From the human T2T-CHM13v2.0 reference genome, Homo sapiens: a stretch of DNA of 64,000 bases. The notes beneath the pieces are model-generated. The model had not been told where the DNA came from. It ran no database searches and saw only the letters and a list, made by a program, of their open reading frames with translations. A program made the translations under genes and the position numbers. Below, piece after piece: positions 1 to 11,835 of the stretch (position 1 is the first letter of the stretch; each line of letters begins with the position of its first letter). The DNA is taken from the NCBI RefSeq assembly GCF_009914755.1, contig NC_060933.1; one strand, given 5' to 3'.

Positions 1-74
1 TACTGACATAAAATTGAGATTGAAATGCTTAAATAATAAAACCACCAAGTAGTTGCGGACAGGGAAGAAAGTCC

Positions 75-613
75 CAATTATCGATTGCTGCATAACAAAC
101 CATTCAAATTTTAAATGGCTTAAACAATGGCCACTTTTTAATATCTCATGATTTTGTAGGTCAGAAATTTGTATTGGTCTAGGTGATTATTCTGTTTCAC
201 GTGGCATGAACATAAGTCACTCTGAGGAACTGAGCTAATGAGTAGACCAGTCTGGAGGGTCCAAGGTGGCTTTGCTTGCATGTCTGTTGCTTGTCAGAGG
301 ATAGCTGGAAGGCTGAGTTCAGCTAGGACTGCTGACCATAGCCTCTATACATGGCATCTCTAGGATGATGATCTCAGGGTAGTTGGAGGTATATGACTGG
401 CCAGGGCTTCTAGAGGAAATGTTCCAAGAGATCTGGGCTGAAAATTCAAGGCTCTGACCTTAGGCACAGAAGATCCAGAATATCTCTTTTGTTATATTGT
501 ATTGGCCAAGGAAGTCATTAAGGCCAGCCAGATTCAAGGGGAGGGGAATTAGACTCATTGCTTCTTAATGAAAAGATTAGCAAAAAATTTGTGGCCTCTT
601 TTAACCTACCACA
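75..613 (-). mobile_element. Ancient MaLR LTR (MLT1H/I/J-like)
   Basis: Begins 'attgctgcataacaaac...tggcttaaacaa...tctcatgattttgtaggtcag' and ends 'ttttaacctaccaca', the typical MLT1 reverse-strand signature. Confidence 0.7.
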
Positions 614-708
614 GAAATTATCACTACACTTACATTTCTGGGAATTGGAAAATCCCTTACTACCTACCATCAATCTAGAAGTTATTCTTCCTACAAAAAA
701 GTAGAAGA

Positions 709-974
709 GTTCAGGCAGTGGCTCACGCCTGTGATCCCAACACTTTGTGAGGCCGAAGGGGTTGGATCACTTGAGCACAGGACTTTGGGACCAGCCTCGG
801 CAACATGGCAAGATCTGAGCTCTACAAAAAAAAAAAAAAAAAAATTACCCAAGTGTAGTAGTGCACAACTGTCATCCCAGCTACTCAGAAGGCTGAGGTA
901 GCCTGAGAGCTTGAGGCTGCAGTGAGCCATGATAGTGCCACTGCACTCCAGCCTGGGCAAGAGAGTAGCACCCC
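709..974 (+). mobile_element. Alu (AluJ-like, right arm partly deleted)
   Basis: Alu dimer with A-rich linker; TSD caaaaaagtaga at 694-705 and 975-986. Confidence 0.9.
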
Positions 975-1213
975 CAAAAAAGTAGACAAATAGTATGCCA
1001 CTCAGATCCTTAGAAGATAGAACAACAAAGAAGACATGAGCAAGATACAGAGACCCGTAACTGAGGCAACTTCAATGATTAGAAAACAAAGCCTTTATTG
1101 ATAATAAGAATCTGATTTAGTGATTCAGCAGAGCATATCAGAAGAGGCAAAACCTCTGTACCAATATAATTGAAAAATACTTTACATTTAAAATAAGTAA
1201 TTTGCAGATGTAA

Positions 1214-1285
1214 TAATCAATAGTAAGAATTTTCTGGTAATCAATAGTAAGAATTTTCTGGTAAACAATAGTAAAAATTTTCTGA
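1214..1285. repeat. 24-bp tandem repeat, 3 copies
   Basis: taatcaatagtaagaattttctgg twice exactly (1214-1261), third copy taaacaatagtaaaaattttctga. Confidence 0.9.
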
Positions 1286-1968
1286 AAATAGTGTTACATT
1301 TTACATGTGAAAAACTTCCCAGTTCAGGTGCTGAAATACAAGAGCAACAAGAAACCCACAAAAGTAGAACCTGGACAATGAAAAAAGAAGAGAATTATGG
1401 ATATGGCAAGAATTAAGTCCATCCTTTTAGCCAAAGATGACTATGTGATTTGGGTGGTTTCTTAATATGGAGGATTAAGTTTTTATTGTAAAAATCCTAT
1501 TATATTTGTTTTTATAGTCTGTTTATATTCACCATCTCACCATCTAGCTGAAAATATTTTTATTTGACTCAGTAATATTTTTATTATTTCTGACTCAGTA
1601 AATATTTGTTGATTGGCTAATTAAATACATGATGCAGTTATAAATAAAAAAATAATAAGGAATGCATAGTTGAGAGTAACAACACCATCCCCTATGATGA
1701 CATAAGATTATTCATAATCTGTGTGATAGTTGAAAACAATATAATGAATTAGAATAGAAAAAGCTAGAACCTCTGTTTCTGCAAACCTAATAAACAACTT
1801 TAAAGATGCCCAGTATTTTAAGATAATCGATTTTGACCTGAAGTTATTTCAAGTGACAGCAAATTTCTTTAAAATGGTCTGCTTATGTTTTGTTTCTAAT
1901 TTAGAGGTAATTACTCCAAGGGTGATGTAAAATGTGTATAGAAGTATACAGGAATAGTACAGATTTCC

Positions 1969-3060
1969 TTTTTTTTTTTAAGTGTTTAATTCAAGCCTAT
2001 ATTTGTAGTTTCTAAACTGTTGATCCATCCAGCGTTTTCTTGTCACAAATGTGCACCAATGAAAAAATAAAAAGTCAAAGAGAATCACTGTCATCCCTAT
2101 CAAAGGAATGGCTCCTTTCCTAAAATTCTTCGAAAATATGTGTTTTACAATCCTTACACCTCAACAAAAGCGGCAATGGAGTAAATACCCTGGTTTATGT
2201 TGTTCTCACAATTAAATGGATATCCACAAACTACCTGTCATAAAAGCCCTCTCTTTTTTTCCCGGTGCTTCTTCATTGTTTTCTTGTTTTCCCTGGGACA
2301 TTGGGACAGAACCACTGGCCCTTTGGTTTATGACTGAGTCCCAGACTCAGTCATAAACCAAAGGGAAGTGGAGGCCACTCCCTGGGGCACTCGTGGTTGT
2401 CACAGCCGCTCCTTTCTCTGTAGACCTGACCAGCACGCTGTCTGTCTCCTTGCGGTCCATGGCAAGGTCTGCGGGGGCCTCTGCTGTAGCACTGGAGTGG
2501 TTCTTTTTCTTCAAGGTCTTTGCTTTCTTGCCTTGGCCGTTCCTGTGGTGATCTCGTCGTGGTCGTGATCATTGGATGCATCCTCTCGATTCTCATCGTT
2601 GCACTGTCGCGGAGAACACTTTGTTATCCGGCGTTTCTCCCTGCGTGATTATCATTCTTCCCCGCATTGTGGCGGGCTCTGCAGCTAGCAGGGAACCTGA
2701 TCTCTGGCTGCTGCCCAAGGAGCTCGGCGAGACCGCCCATCTGTCCGGTCCTGCTCTCCACCAGCTCCTTCGTCGGACTCAGTCTGGATCTTCTCAACGC
2801 CCAGCTCCTGGCTCCGAGTCAGGGCTCTCTGGATGCACGGTAACACCCTCCTCTTCTGGGTACCCTCCCTCCGTCTCATGTTATTATGAGAGGTTTATGT
2901 GATAAATAATGTAGCCATCCAACTCCTTCAGGATTTTCTGCAGGGCCAGCCCAGGCTTGTCTGGTTCTCCCTGTTCCGGGGACATCACCTTCCAAAAAAG
3001 TCTCCAAGCCTGGGGCCGTGAGCGTGGGCACAACCCCTAGGGTCACTCACACTTCCCTGG
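1969..3060 (-). pseudogene. Processed pseudogene of ING1 (inhibitor of growth 1): last coding exon, 3'UTR and poly(A) remnant
   Basis: Minus-strand fragments read KILKELDGY, GTQKRRVLPCIQRALTRSQELGVEKIQ, NDHDHDEITTGT, GCDNHECP and GLSHKPKGQWFCP, matching ING1 ([59 protein letters not shown]). The stop context 'GAGAGGGCTTTTATGACAGGTAGTTTGTGGA' and 3'UTR (1981-2230) follow ING1 mRNA; T-run at 1969-1979 is the poly(A) remnant. Multiple frameshifts and stops. 5' limit approximate. Confidence 0.9.
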
Positions 3061-3987
3061 CCATCTTTTTTATTATAAAAGAAAAAAATTATAGTCTTGC
3101 CGTTGACACTGAACCCTTTGATGGTAAAGATAGGCATGTTAGAAAAGTTGGTCTCCCAGACTAGCAGGCGCCTCTTGAAGGAATTATATTTCAGGAATAA
3201 GAAGAAAAAGATTACAGCTTGTAGTAGTCAGTGGAAGAGCAGAGCAAGTTTCAAGTGTGATATAAAGAATTCAGGACAACTACATTTTAAAAAAGACTTT
3301 CCTGAGAAATGATGGATAACTTTATATAACTTGAAATTGGAAAATAATACTCATAGTTTATCTTCATGAAATGTATTATAAATTTGCTCTGCCCTGTTAA
3401 AAATATTAGTTGTATGGCCTGGGATATGATACAAACTGGAGCCAGGCCAGGCATAGTCACTATGAATGCTTTTTATTTGTGTGGGATTGTAATTATTCAA
3501 ATTAAAATTTAGCTATAGTTACTCTTGCCTCAGTGCTGAATGGATTGTAAGCATAGCTCTCATGGAAATTGGAATTATGCTTTCAGTGTACCTACATCAG
3601 GAAAGGGCATGGAGTAAAGGCTGTAGACATAAAATGTGGCTTTGGTGAGTCTGTATTTTACTGAATTGATAGTGTGGCTTCATGTAAAGATGGAAATCTC
3701 TTTGTTCCATAGAAGATTCCTCTGAATTTCCTTCTTAAATATAAATATATATTTATAAATATAAAGTATATTATACATATATATTCATGAATATAAAATT
3801 AATTTTTGCATACTACAGGAAATCCAGAAACTGCACAACAGTAATATAAGACACCTGTCATTTCACTACTTAGAGATAGCTGCCATTTACATCTACTTGC
3901 TTTACTTTCCAATGTCTTTTTATGTATATATTTGTGTATATATAATCAATATTTCAGAAGTCTGTATAGTGTAGTGGTTGAAAGGGC

Positions 3988-4313
3988 AGTTGGCTCTCCA
4001 TATCTGTGGGCTCCATATTTGTAGATTCAATCAACTGCAGATCAAAAATATTTTTAAAAAAGCACAATAGAAATAATATGACAATAAAAAATAATACAAA
4101 CAAAGCCCCAACACAGTATAACAACTATTTACCTAGTATTTATATTATATCAAGTATTATAAGTAATCTTGAAATGACTTTAAGTATACAAGGGGACAGG
4201 CATAGGTTTTATGCAAATATTCTGCCATTTTATATAAGAGACTGGAGCATCCATGGATTTTGGTATCAGTGAGGATCCTAGAACCGATCCCCCATGGATA
4301 CTGAGGGATGACT
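3988..4313 (-). mobile_element. MER2 (TcMar-Tigger non-autonomous DNA transposon) inserted in a MIR
   Basis: Termini 'cagttggctctccatatctgtggg' and 'cccccatggatactgagggatgact' match MER2 TIRs. Confidence 0.8.
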
Positions 4314-4707
4314 TTACATACTTTGGAACCAAAGTGCTTGGATTAAATTTTGGCTTCATCAGCTCTTACCTATATGATTTCTCAGTTTCCTCATTTGTAA
4401 CATAGTCATAATAATTACGTAGGGTTCTTTTGGACATTCAATGATGTAATTCTCATTAGAGCACCCAAGTAAGGGTTCCTTCTCCTCCACTTGTCCAAAG
4501 CTTCTTGAAGAGGGCCTGACTGTGTCTCATTCAATGGAAAAGCACTTGCTGTGATGACACATTAGCAGAACTTGCCAGAAATCTGCCCTGTAGAGTGCCA
4601 GGGAAATCTTTCATAAGGAAGTGTTTCATAGGAGGCTCTGCTACAAAACTGCTTGTTAGGGAAGGACAGATGCCAAGGGAAGCTGCTGTTGGCACTGTAT
4701 TGCAGAA

Positions 4708-4805
4708 GTATTGTATTGTATTGTATTGTATTGTATTGTATTGTATTGTATTGTATTGTATTGTATTGTATTGTATTGTATTTATTGTATTGTATTGTAT
4801 TGTAT
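4708..4805. repeat. (GTATT)n pentanucleotide microsatellite, ~19 units
   Basis: Direct reading; one interruption (ttta) near 4781; it produces the IVLYC/NTIQY pseudo-ORFs. Confidence 0.97.
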
Positions 4806-5326
4806 CCAGGAGAAGCCACAGAATCAGGAAGTAAAACCCTTTCCTTCCAGTGTCTCTCCAGCATCCTCCACTGACAAAGCTTAGCATTGAATCAGATGGT
4901 AAAGGAAAAATATCTAAAGACCCTAGTTCAATTTTCACAGAACAGGCAAAAAGGATGAATTTGGAACTGAGAGAAAATAGATAATTGGTAGTTATTTTAA
5001 AACACTTAGAACAATGCCTGACATAAAGTCAGTGCTCAAGAAATATTAGCTTGGACTATTTCAGTCACATATGCACACAGATGTGCAAAAATTGGATTGC
5101 CTCTACTGAATACACATTTTGTACTCTGAATTTTAGCTTAACATCACATTATGATTGTTTACATTAAAATTTCTTGGAATCCTAATTTTATGTCTATACA
5201 ATTATCTATAATGAAGAAATATAATTTAGTTGTTACACTATTGTATATATTATGGATTATGTCTAATTTTCAGTCTGACAAGTAAAGCTGGGTGAATATT
5301 CATGTTTTCAATGCATTTAAAGGAAA

Positions 5327-5468
5327 TTTTTTATTTTATAAAAATGATTTTAGAGATGGGTTCTCACCATGTTGCTCAGGCTGGTCTTGAACTCCTGGGT
5401 TCAGGCAATCCTCCCTCCTCACCCTCCCAATGTGCTGAGATTACAGGCATGAGCCACAATGCCCAGCC
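5327..5468 (-). mobile_element. Alu monomer (FLAM-like)
   Basis: Single Alu left arm; flanking tcaatgcat direct repeats. Confidence 0.8.
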
Positions 5469-6118
5469 TCAATGCATATTAAATAATTTCTTTATGTTAG
5501 CTTTCTAAGGAGAGATTCAAAGAATGAACATTCTTAAAATGTTTATGTCTTGTCAAATTTATTTTCAGAAATATATTTCCAATTCATATTTTCTCTTAAA
5601 ATTTGCATCTGACACAATAGATTTAATATTACATAATTTTAAACTTTGACTCTTTGACATAAGACAAATTGTCTTATGTTTGTCTTAATTTGCAGTGTGA
5701 CTACTAACAAGGTTTCACATGTCATTTTATACTATTTACTCATATTTCTATCATAGTATTAGAGGTTTGTTTTACTATTTTGAAAACTTCTTAATATATG
5801 AAGCATAACAATCACTGCGTTACTAGATTTTTTATAAAGACTTTCCCCCCTAATTTAGAATTTGACATTTATTTGTCAATTTAGCATCTGACAATTTTTT
5901 TTAAGTACAGGCTTTACATTTATAACTCAAAAATAGAATCCTCATGATTTTTCATATCTTTTGTGGTAAGATACTTCCACTCCCTTAAGACTGTTTACAC
6001 ATTTACTTATAGTTTTTTTCTAGTTTATGATTTTATTTGTTAGAGATTTAATTCTAAGCATGTGAAATTAAGTTCGGTGATTATCTAACACTGTATTTTT
6101 TTCAAAATAGATTAATTA

Positions 6119-8302
6119 GGTTACAAAACATGTATTAACCAATTTAAGACGATTGAAATTATATCAAGTATCTTTTCTGACTACAATGGTATCAAAATAA
6201 AAATGAATAACAGAAGGAATTTTGAAACATTCACAAATACATGGAAATCAACATACTCTTGAATGGCCAATAGGTCAAAGAAGAGCTTAAAAGATAAATT
6301 TAAAAATAAGTTGGGACAAACAAAACTGGACACACAGCAGATTAAAACTTATGGTGTGCAACCAAAGCAGTTCTGAAAGATAAGTTTGTAGCAATAAACA
6401 TCTACATCAAAAAAGAAGAAAGACCTCAAATAAAGACGCTAATGTTATACCTCAAGGGGCCAGAAAAAGAAAAACAAACTAAGTCCATATTTAATAGGAG
6501 GAAGGAAATAATTAAGATCAGAGCAGAAATAAAATAGAGACTAGAAAAACAATAGGAAAGATTAATAAGGTTTTTTTTGTGAATATAAAATTGAAAAAAA
6601 TTAGCTACACTAAGGAAAAAAAGAGAAGTCTCCAATAAATAAAATCAGAAATGAAAAAAGAAACATTACAACTAATACTGCAGGCTGGGTGTGGTGGCTC
6701 ATGCCTGTAATCCCAGCACTTTGGGAGGCCGAGGTGGGCAGATGGCTTGAGTCCAGGAGTTCAAGATGAGCCTGGGCAACATGAAACCCTGTCTTTACAA
6801 AAAAATACAAAAGTTAGTCAGGTTTGGTGGTGTGTGTCATTAGTCCCAGCCACTTGGGAGACTGAGGCAGGAGGATTGCTTGAGCCTGGGGAAGTTGAGG
6901 CTGCAGTGAGCCATCACAGTGCTACTAAACTCTAGCCTGGGCAGCAGAGCAAGATCCTGTCTTGATTAAATAGATAGACAGATAAAACTAATACTACAGA
7001 AATACAAGGGAGATTAAGAAACTGTTATGAACAACTATATGCCTACAAATTGGGTAACCTAGAAGTGGTGGATAAATTCCTAGAAACATAAAACCTACCA
7101 AGAGTGAATCATGAAGAAACAGAAAATCTAAACAGAGCAATGATAAGTAAGCAGATCAAATCAATATTTTAAAATCTCCAATCAAAGACAAGACCACGGT
7201 TTGATGCTTTCACTTCTGAATTCTACCAAACATTTAAAGAAATATTATTGCCAATCCTTCTCAAACTCTTTCAACAAATCGAGGAAGAGGGAACACTTCC
7301 TAACTTACTTTATGAGGATAGCATCATGCTGATATCGAAGCCAGACAAGCACACGACAAGAAAAGAAAATCCAGGCCAATATCCCTGATGAACATAGATG
7401 CAAAAACACTCAACAAAATACTAGCAAACTGAACTCAACAGTACATTAAAAGGATTATTCACCATAATCAAGTGAAATTTATCCCTGGGATGAAAGGAGA
7501 GTTCAGTACACACAAATCAATAATTGTGAAACAAGATATTAACAGAATGAAGGAAAAAAATATGGTTATCTCAAGAGATGCAGAAAAAGCTCTTGACAAA
7601 ATTAAACATCCTCCCATGATAAAAGCTCTTGCCAAATTAGATATACAAGGAATGTTCTTCAACAGAATAAAGGCCATATGTGGCAAGCTTAGAACTAATA
7701 TCACACTCAATGGTGAAAATTGAAAGCCTTTCTTATAAGATTAGGAACAAGACAAGGATGCCCGCTCTCGCCATTTCTATTCAACATACTACTGGAAGTC
7801 CTAGCCAGAGCAGTTAGGCAAGAGAAAGAAATAAAAGGCATCCAAACTGAAAAGGAAGAAGTTAAATTGTGTCTATATGCAGATGATATGATCTTATACA
7901 CAGAAAAATGTAAAGACTACCTAAACTTAGAACTAATAAACAAATTCAGTAAAGTTGCAGGACACAAAACCAACATACAAAAAATCAGTAAGGTTTCTAT
8001 ATACTATCAATGAATTATTTGAAAAGCCAAGAAAATGGTCCCATTTACAATAGCCACAAAAACATGCTTGAAGTAAATTTAACCAAGGAAGTGCAAGATC
8101 TGTAATGCTGAAAACTATAAAACATTGATGAAGGAAATTGAAGAAGACACAAATAAATGGAAAAATATCCTGTGTTCATGGATTAGAATAAGTAATATTG
8201 TTAAAATGTCCATGCTACTCCAAGTGATCTACGGATTCGATGCAATCCATATCAAAATCTCAATGACATTTTTTATAAAAATGGAGAAAAAACCGTAAAA
8301 TT
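6119..8302 (+). mobile_element. Older L1 (L1PB/L1MA-like) ORF2 fragment, degenerate
   Basis: ORFs 7472-8013 give RT motifs ([32 protein letters not shown]); interrupted by an Alu. Confidence 0.9.
6683..6986 (+). mobile_element. AluJ-like inside L1
   Basis: Alu dimer; TSD aactaatact(g/a)ca. Confidence 0.92.
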
Positions 8303-8517
8303 AGCTCTTGGCATTTTTGTGGGAAATCAATGGATCATGAATACGTGGATTTATTTCTGAGCTCTCTACTCTGTTACATTGGTCCATGTGTCTGTTATTA
8401 GGCCAGTGGCATGCTGTTTTCATTAAAGCTTTGTAGTACATTTTGAAATCAAGTAGTGTGAATCCTCCGGCTTTGTTCTTTTTGCTCAAGACTGCTTTGG
8501 TAATTAGTAATTCTTGA
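8303..8517 (-). mobile_element. Inverted continuation of the same L1 ORF2
   Basis: Minus-strand ORF KAVLSKKNKAGGFTLLDFKMYYKA...RHMDQCNRVESSEINP is the ORF2 stretch that normally follows the sense piece ending at 8302. Confidence 0.85.
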
Positions 8518-8835
8518 TTGTAGGAAATCCGAGAAATACAGAGAAACAAAAAGAAAAAAATTTAACATCATTCAAAACTGACGATCAGAGAAAGCATGTT
8601 AACATTTGGTGTATCTCCTCCTATTTCCCTGTGCATGCTTAAGAAAAGAAACAATTTTTGGAAATAAATCTTACATAGTTTGGCATTTTTTCTGTTAAAT
8701 ACATACACATACGGAGTATTTTTATACTATATAATATTTTAAAACATATTGTCCTTAGAGTTTGTGTGGCATTTTAGCACATGACTTCTCTATAATTTTT
8801 TCTGCATATTGAACATTTATATGTTTTTTAAAATA

Positions 8836-9139
<304 letters not shown>

Positions 9140-9984
9140 AATATTGTTTACTTTAAAAAGCTATTATGATGGTATGAATACTTGTCTAGATCATTATGCA
9201 GTCTAATTAACTTCTAAAGGTAAATTACTAAAAATCGAATTACTAGGCCAAAGGGTATGACTATATTTAAGGTTCTTATCCATAATGCCAGATTGTATCT
9301 CATGAAGTTTGCATCAATTAATGCCCCCAGCAACAATGTTAATGTCTTTTTCACTACATCTTGCTCTGCACTGGATGTTTAAAACAAAACACGGGCTGGG
9401 GGAAATCCTTCCAATTTCACTGGTAAAAAATATATTTGACAATTAAAATATTGTTTTGCCTGAATTGAATAGGCATGTACAACCTCAATAATCTTTAGGG
9501 GAAAAAAAAATCTTAGCTTTTTGTTCTTTTGCCAGCTTTCTTTTAAAATAGCTTTAAAAAATTTCTATTATTTAAAAAATAGTATGAAGAACTTAATTGA
9601 GCTTAGGTTAAACCTAAAATTGATTTGGGAAGAAATGATATCTTGATGATATTTCATCTTTTCACAAAGGAGCATGTTACCCTTTGCCATTTATTGAAAT
9701 ATTTTATATTACTTAGTAAATGTTTTCTTTACCTAGCCCCTGTATATTTTTAAGGGTTATTCCTATGTCTTTTATGATTTTGGTATTTTAATGTATTGGG
9801 ACATTTTATGATTTTTGCTGCCACTGAGACTAACATCCTTTTTCCCTTTGAATCATCTAAATTGTAATTTCAAGATTAGGGAGAAACAGTATAATGTAAT
9901 TAAAAGCTCAGATCCTGTAGCCAGGCTTTCCCATCTGTATCTGAATTCACCTCTTACCACCTGACTTGGGCAAACTGGCCATGC

Positions 9985-10395
9985 TGGGTATTTCCCTTTC
10001 TCCCCTCCAGAGTCCTCTCCCTGCTCTGCATCCTGCTCTGTGTCCCTAAGGTTCCCCTCACTGGGGCTTCCTTGCCTTCTGGCTTCCAGTTAGGTTCAGC
10101 CAATGAGGGCATTGGCAGGAAATCAGAGTGGGAGGAAAGTGAGGGAAAAGTATTTGTTTCCAAGATTTCCTCCCTGCTTAATTGGTGCCAGGGGCTGTGT
10201 CCTGCCAAAGGCTACAGCTCTTATCAGAAGGCCTCTCCACATAGCTACCCTTCCGGCCACATTTCCCTGCTGTTGCTAACCTAGGGTGCTGCAAGATCCT
10301 CTGGGGCTTTTCTAACACATGGCCCATGCCTGGGTAATGTCCCCATTAACCAGCTTGAGTGTGTCATCTGCTTCCCACCAGGATCTTGACTAAAA
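9985..10395. mobile_element. ERVL LTR (LTR33-like)
   Basis: 'cttgccttctggcttccagttaggttcagccaatgag...ggcaggaaatcagagtgggaggaaagtgagg' and terminal 'catctgcttcccaccaggatcttgact'. Confidence 0.65.
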
Positions 10396-11533
10396 GCAAA
10401 TAGCACACAGGAATAGTACATATCCTTGTCATTTTTCTCATATCATTGGGAATGACTCTTGGCTGCCATTGTGATTATAATTTTGGCAATCAATGTTAAG
10501 ATAGGAATTCTACAGTATGTTCAGGAAGTATCATTCTTGTTGTGATTTTCCGAGTTTTATCAGGAAAGATTGTTGAATTTTATCCTCTGAATTTTCATAT
10601 ATATAGTTTGATTTTAAATTGGACTTACTAATGTGTTATTTTAAATTTTGAAGTTTTCTATCAATAATCCATTCTTTCATTCATCCCTGGAATAATCCAA
10701 ATGAAATTTACTTTGCTAATATTTTATTTTCAGATTTTTAAAAATAATCTCAACTGAATGCTAGATATGTTGAGGCCATCTAAAACAACAGACTTAGGAA
10801 AATTAATACCCTTAAACTGACCTTTGTTTAAACATGCATCACTTTGAATAACTGGAAATTTTAACAGCCTTTTATCACCCCAAATTCCTTTTTGTGCTGT
10901 TTCCTATAGTTTGTAGTCCAGAAGCAATTGGCTTATGCAAGCGTTAAGAAGGCATATTTGAGGAGGGTGGTGTGGGAGTGGAGGAGACAGACCGCAGCAT
11001 AATGTCTAGGAATTATGACTAAACTAGAGTGAAGAGTGTATAAAATAATTGTTTTCCTCCTCCCTTTTTTCCGTATTAAAAAAAACCACTCTGTTTTTTC
11101 TATCATATTTTCTATTGGATTTAGAACTTAGGACTTAAGTTTATAGCACTTGGTAATTCCAATATTTTATACATCTTATACCACACAATACCATTTTATT
11201 TCAATCATGGAATTTTAATTTTGGTTCCCATGAGTCAATCCCATCACAGCAGGATCCTGAGCACAATATCCCCTAGAGATAAAAATAATCGTATTTAATA
11301 TTTTTATGAATGATTACACATTTGGTGTCAAGCACTTGAAACATTGGAATCAAAACATATAATTGCTGAACCATTGGCATAAAGAAACTGACACTATTTT
11401 GTCTGTCCCCAAAGAGTCTGGCATTGAAACAGAAGTAAGACTACAAAGATTTTATTGGAACATTTAAATGAGATTCTACTTGATTTCATATGACTTAATC
11501 TAAGGACAGAATCTGCAAATATGAAACTTTACA

Positions 11534-11835
11534 GGCCGGGCATGGTGGCTCATGCCTGTAATCCCAGTACTTTGGGAGGCCAAGGTGGGTGGATCACTTG
11601 AGGCCAGGAGTTTTGAGGCCAGCCTGGGCAACATGGTGAAGTACACATTGTCTACTAAAAATACAAAAAAAATTAGCCAGGTGTGGTGGCACGTGCCTGT
11701 AGTCAGCTACTCAGGAGGCTGAGGCAGGAGAATCGCTTGAACCCAGGAGGCGGAGGTTGCAGTGAGCTGAGATTCCGCCACCACACTTCAGCTTCAGTGA
11801 CAGAGTGAGGCTCTGTCAAAGAAGAAAGAAAGAAA
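11534..11835 (+). mobile_element. AluS-like
   Basis: Alu dimer, (GAAA)n tail, TSD gaaactttaca. Confidence 0.93.

Noticed and set aside
1214-1285. CRISPR-like array
   Set aside because: No spacers; simple tandem repeat in primate DNA
2232-2985. Functional ING1 retrogene
   Set aside because: Multiple frameshifts; the PHD finger is disrupted by deletions and the hairpin insertion
4531-4938. Four overlapping ORFs with IVLYC/NTIQY repeats
   Set aside because: Translation of the (GTATT)n microsatellite
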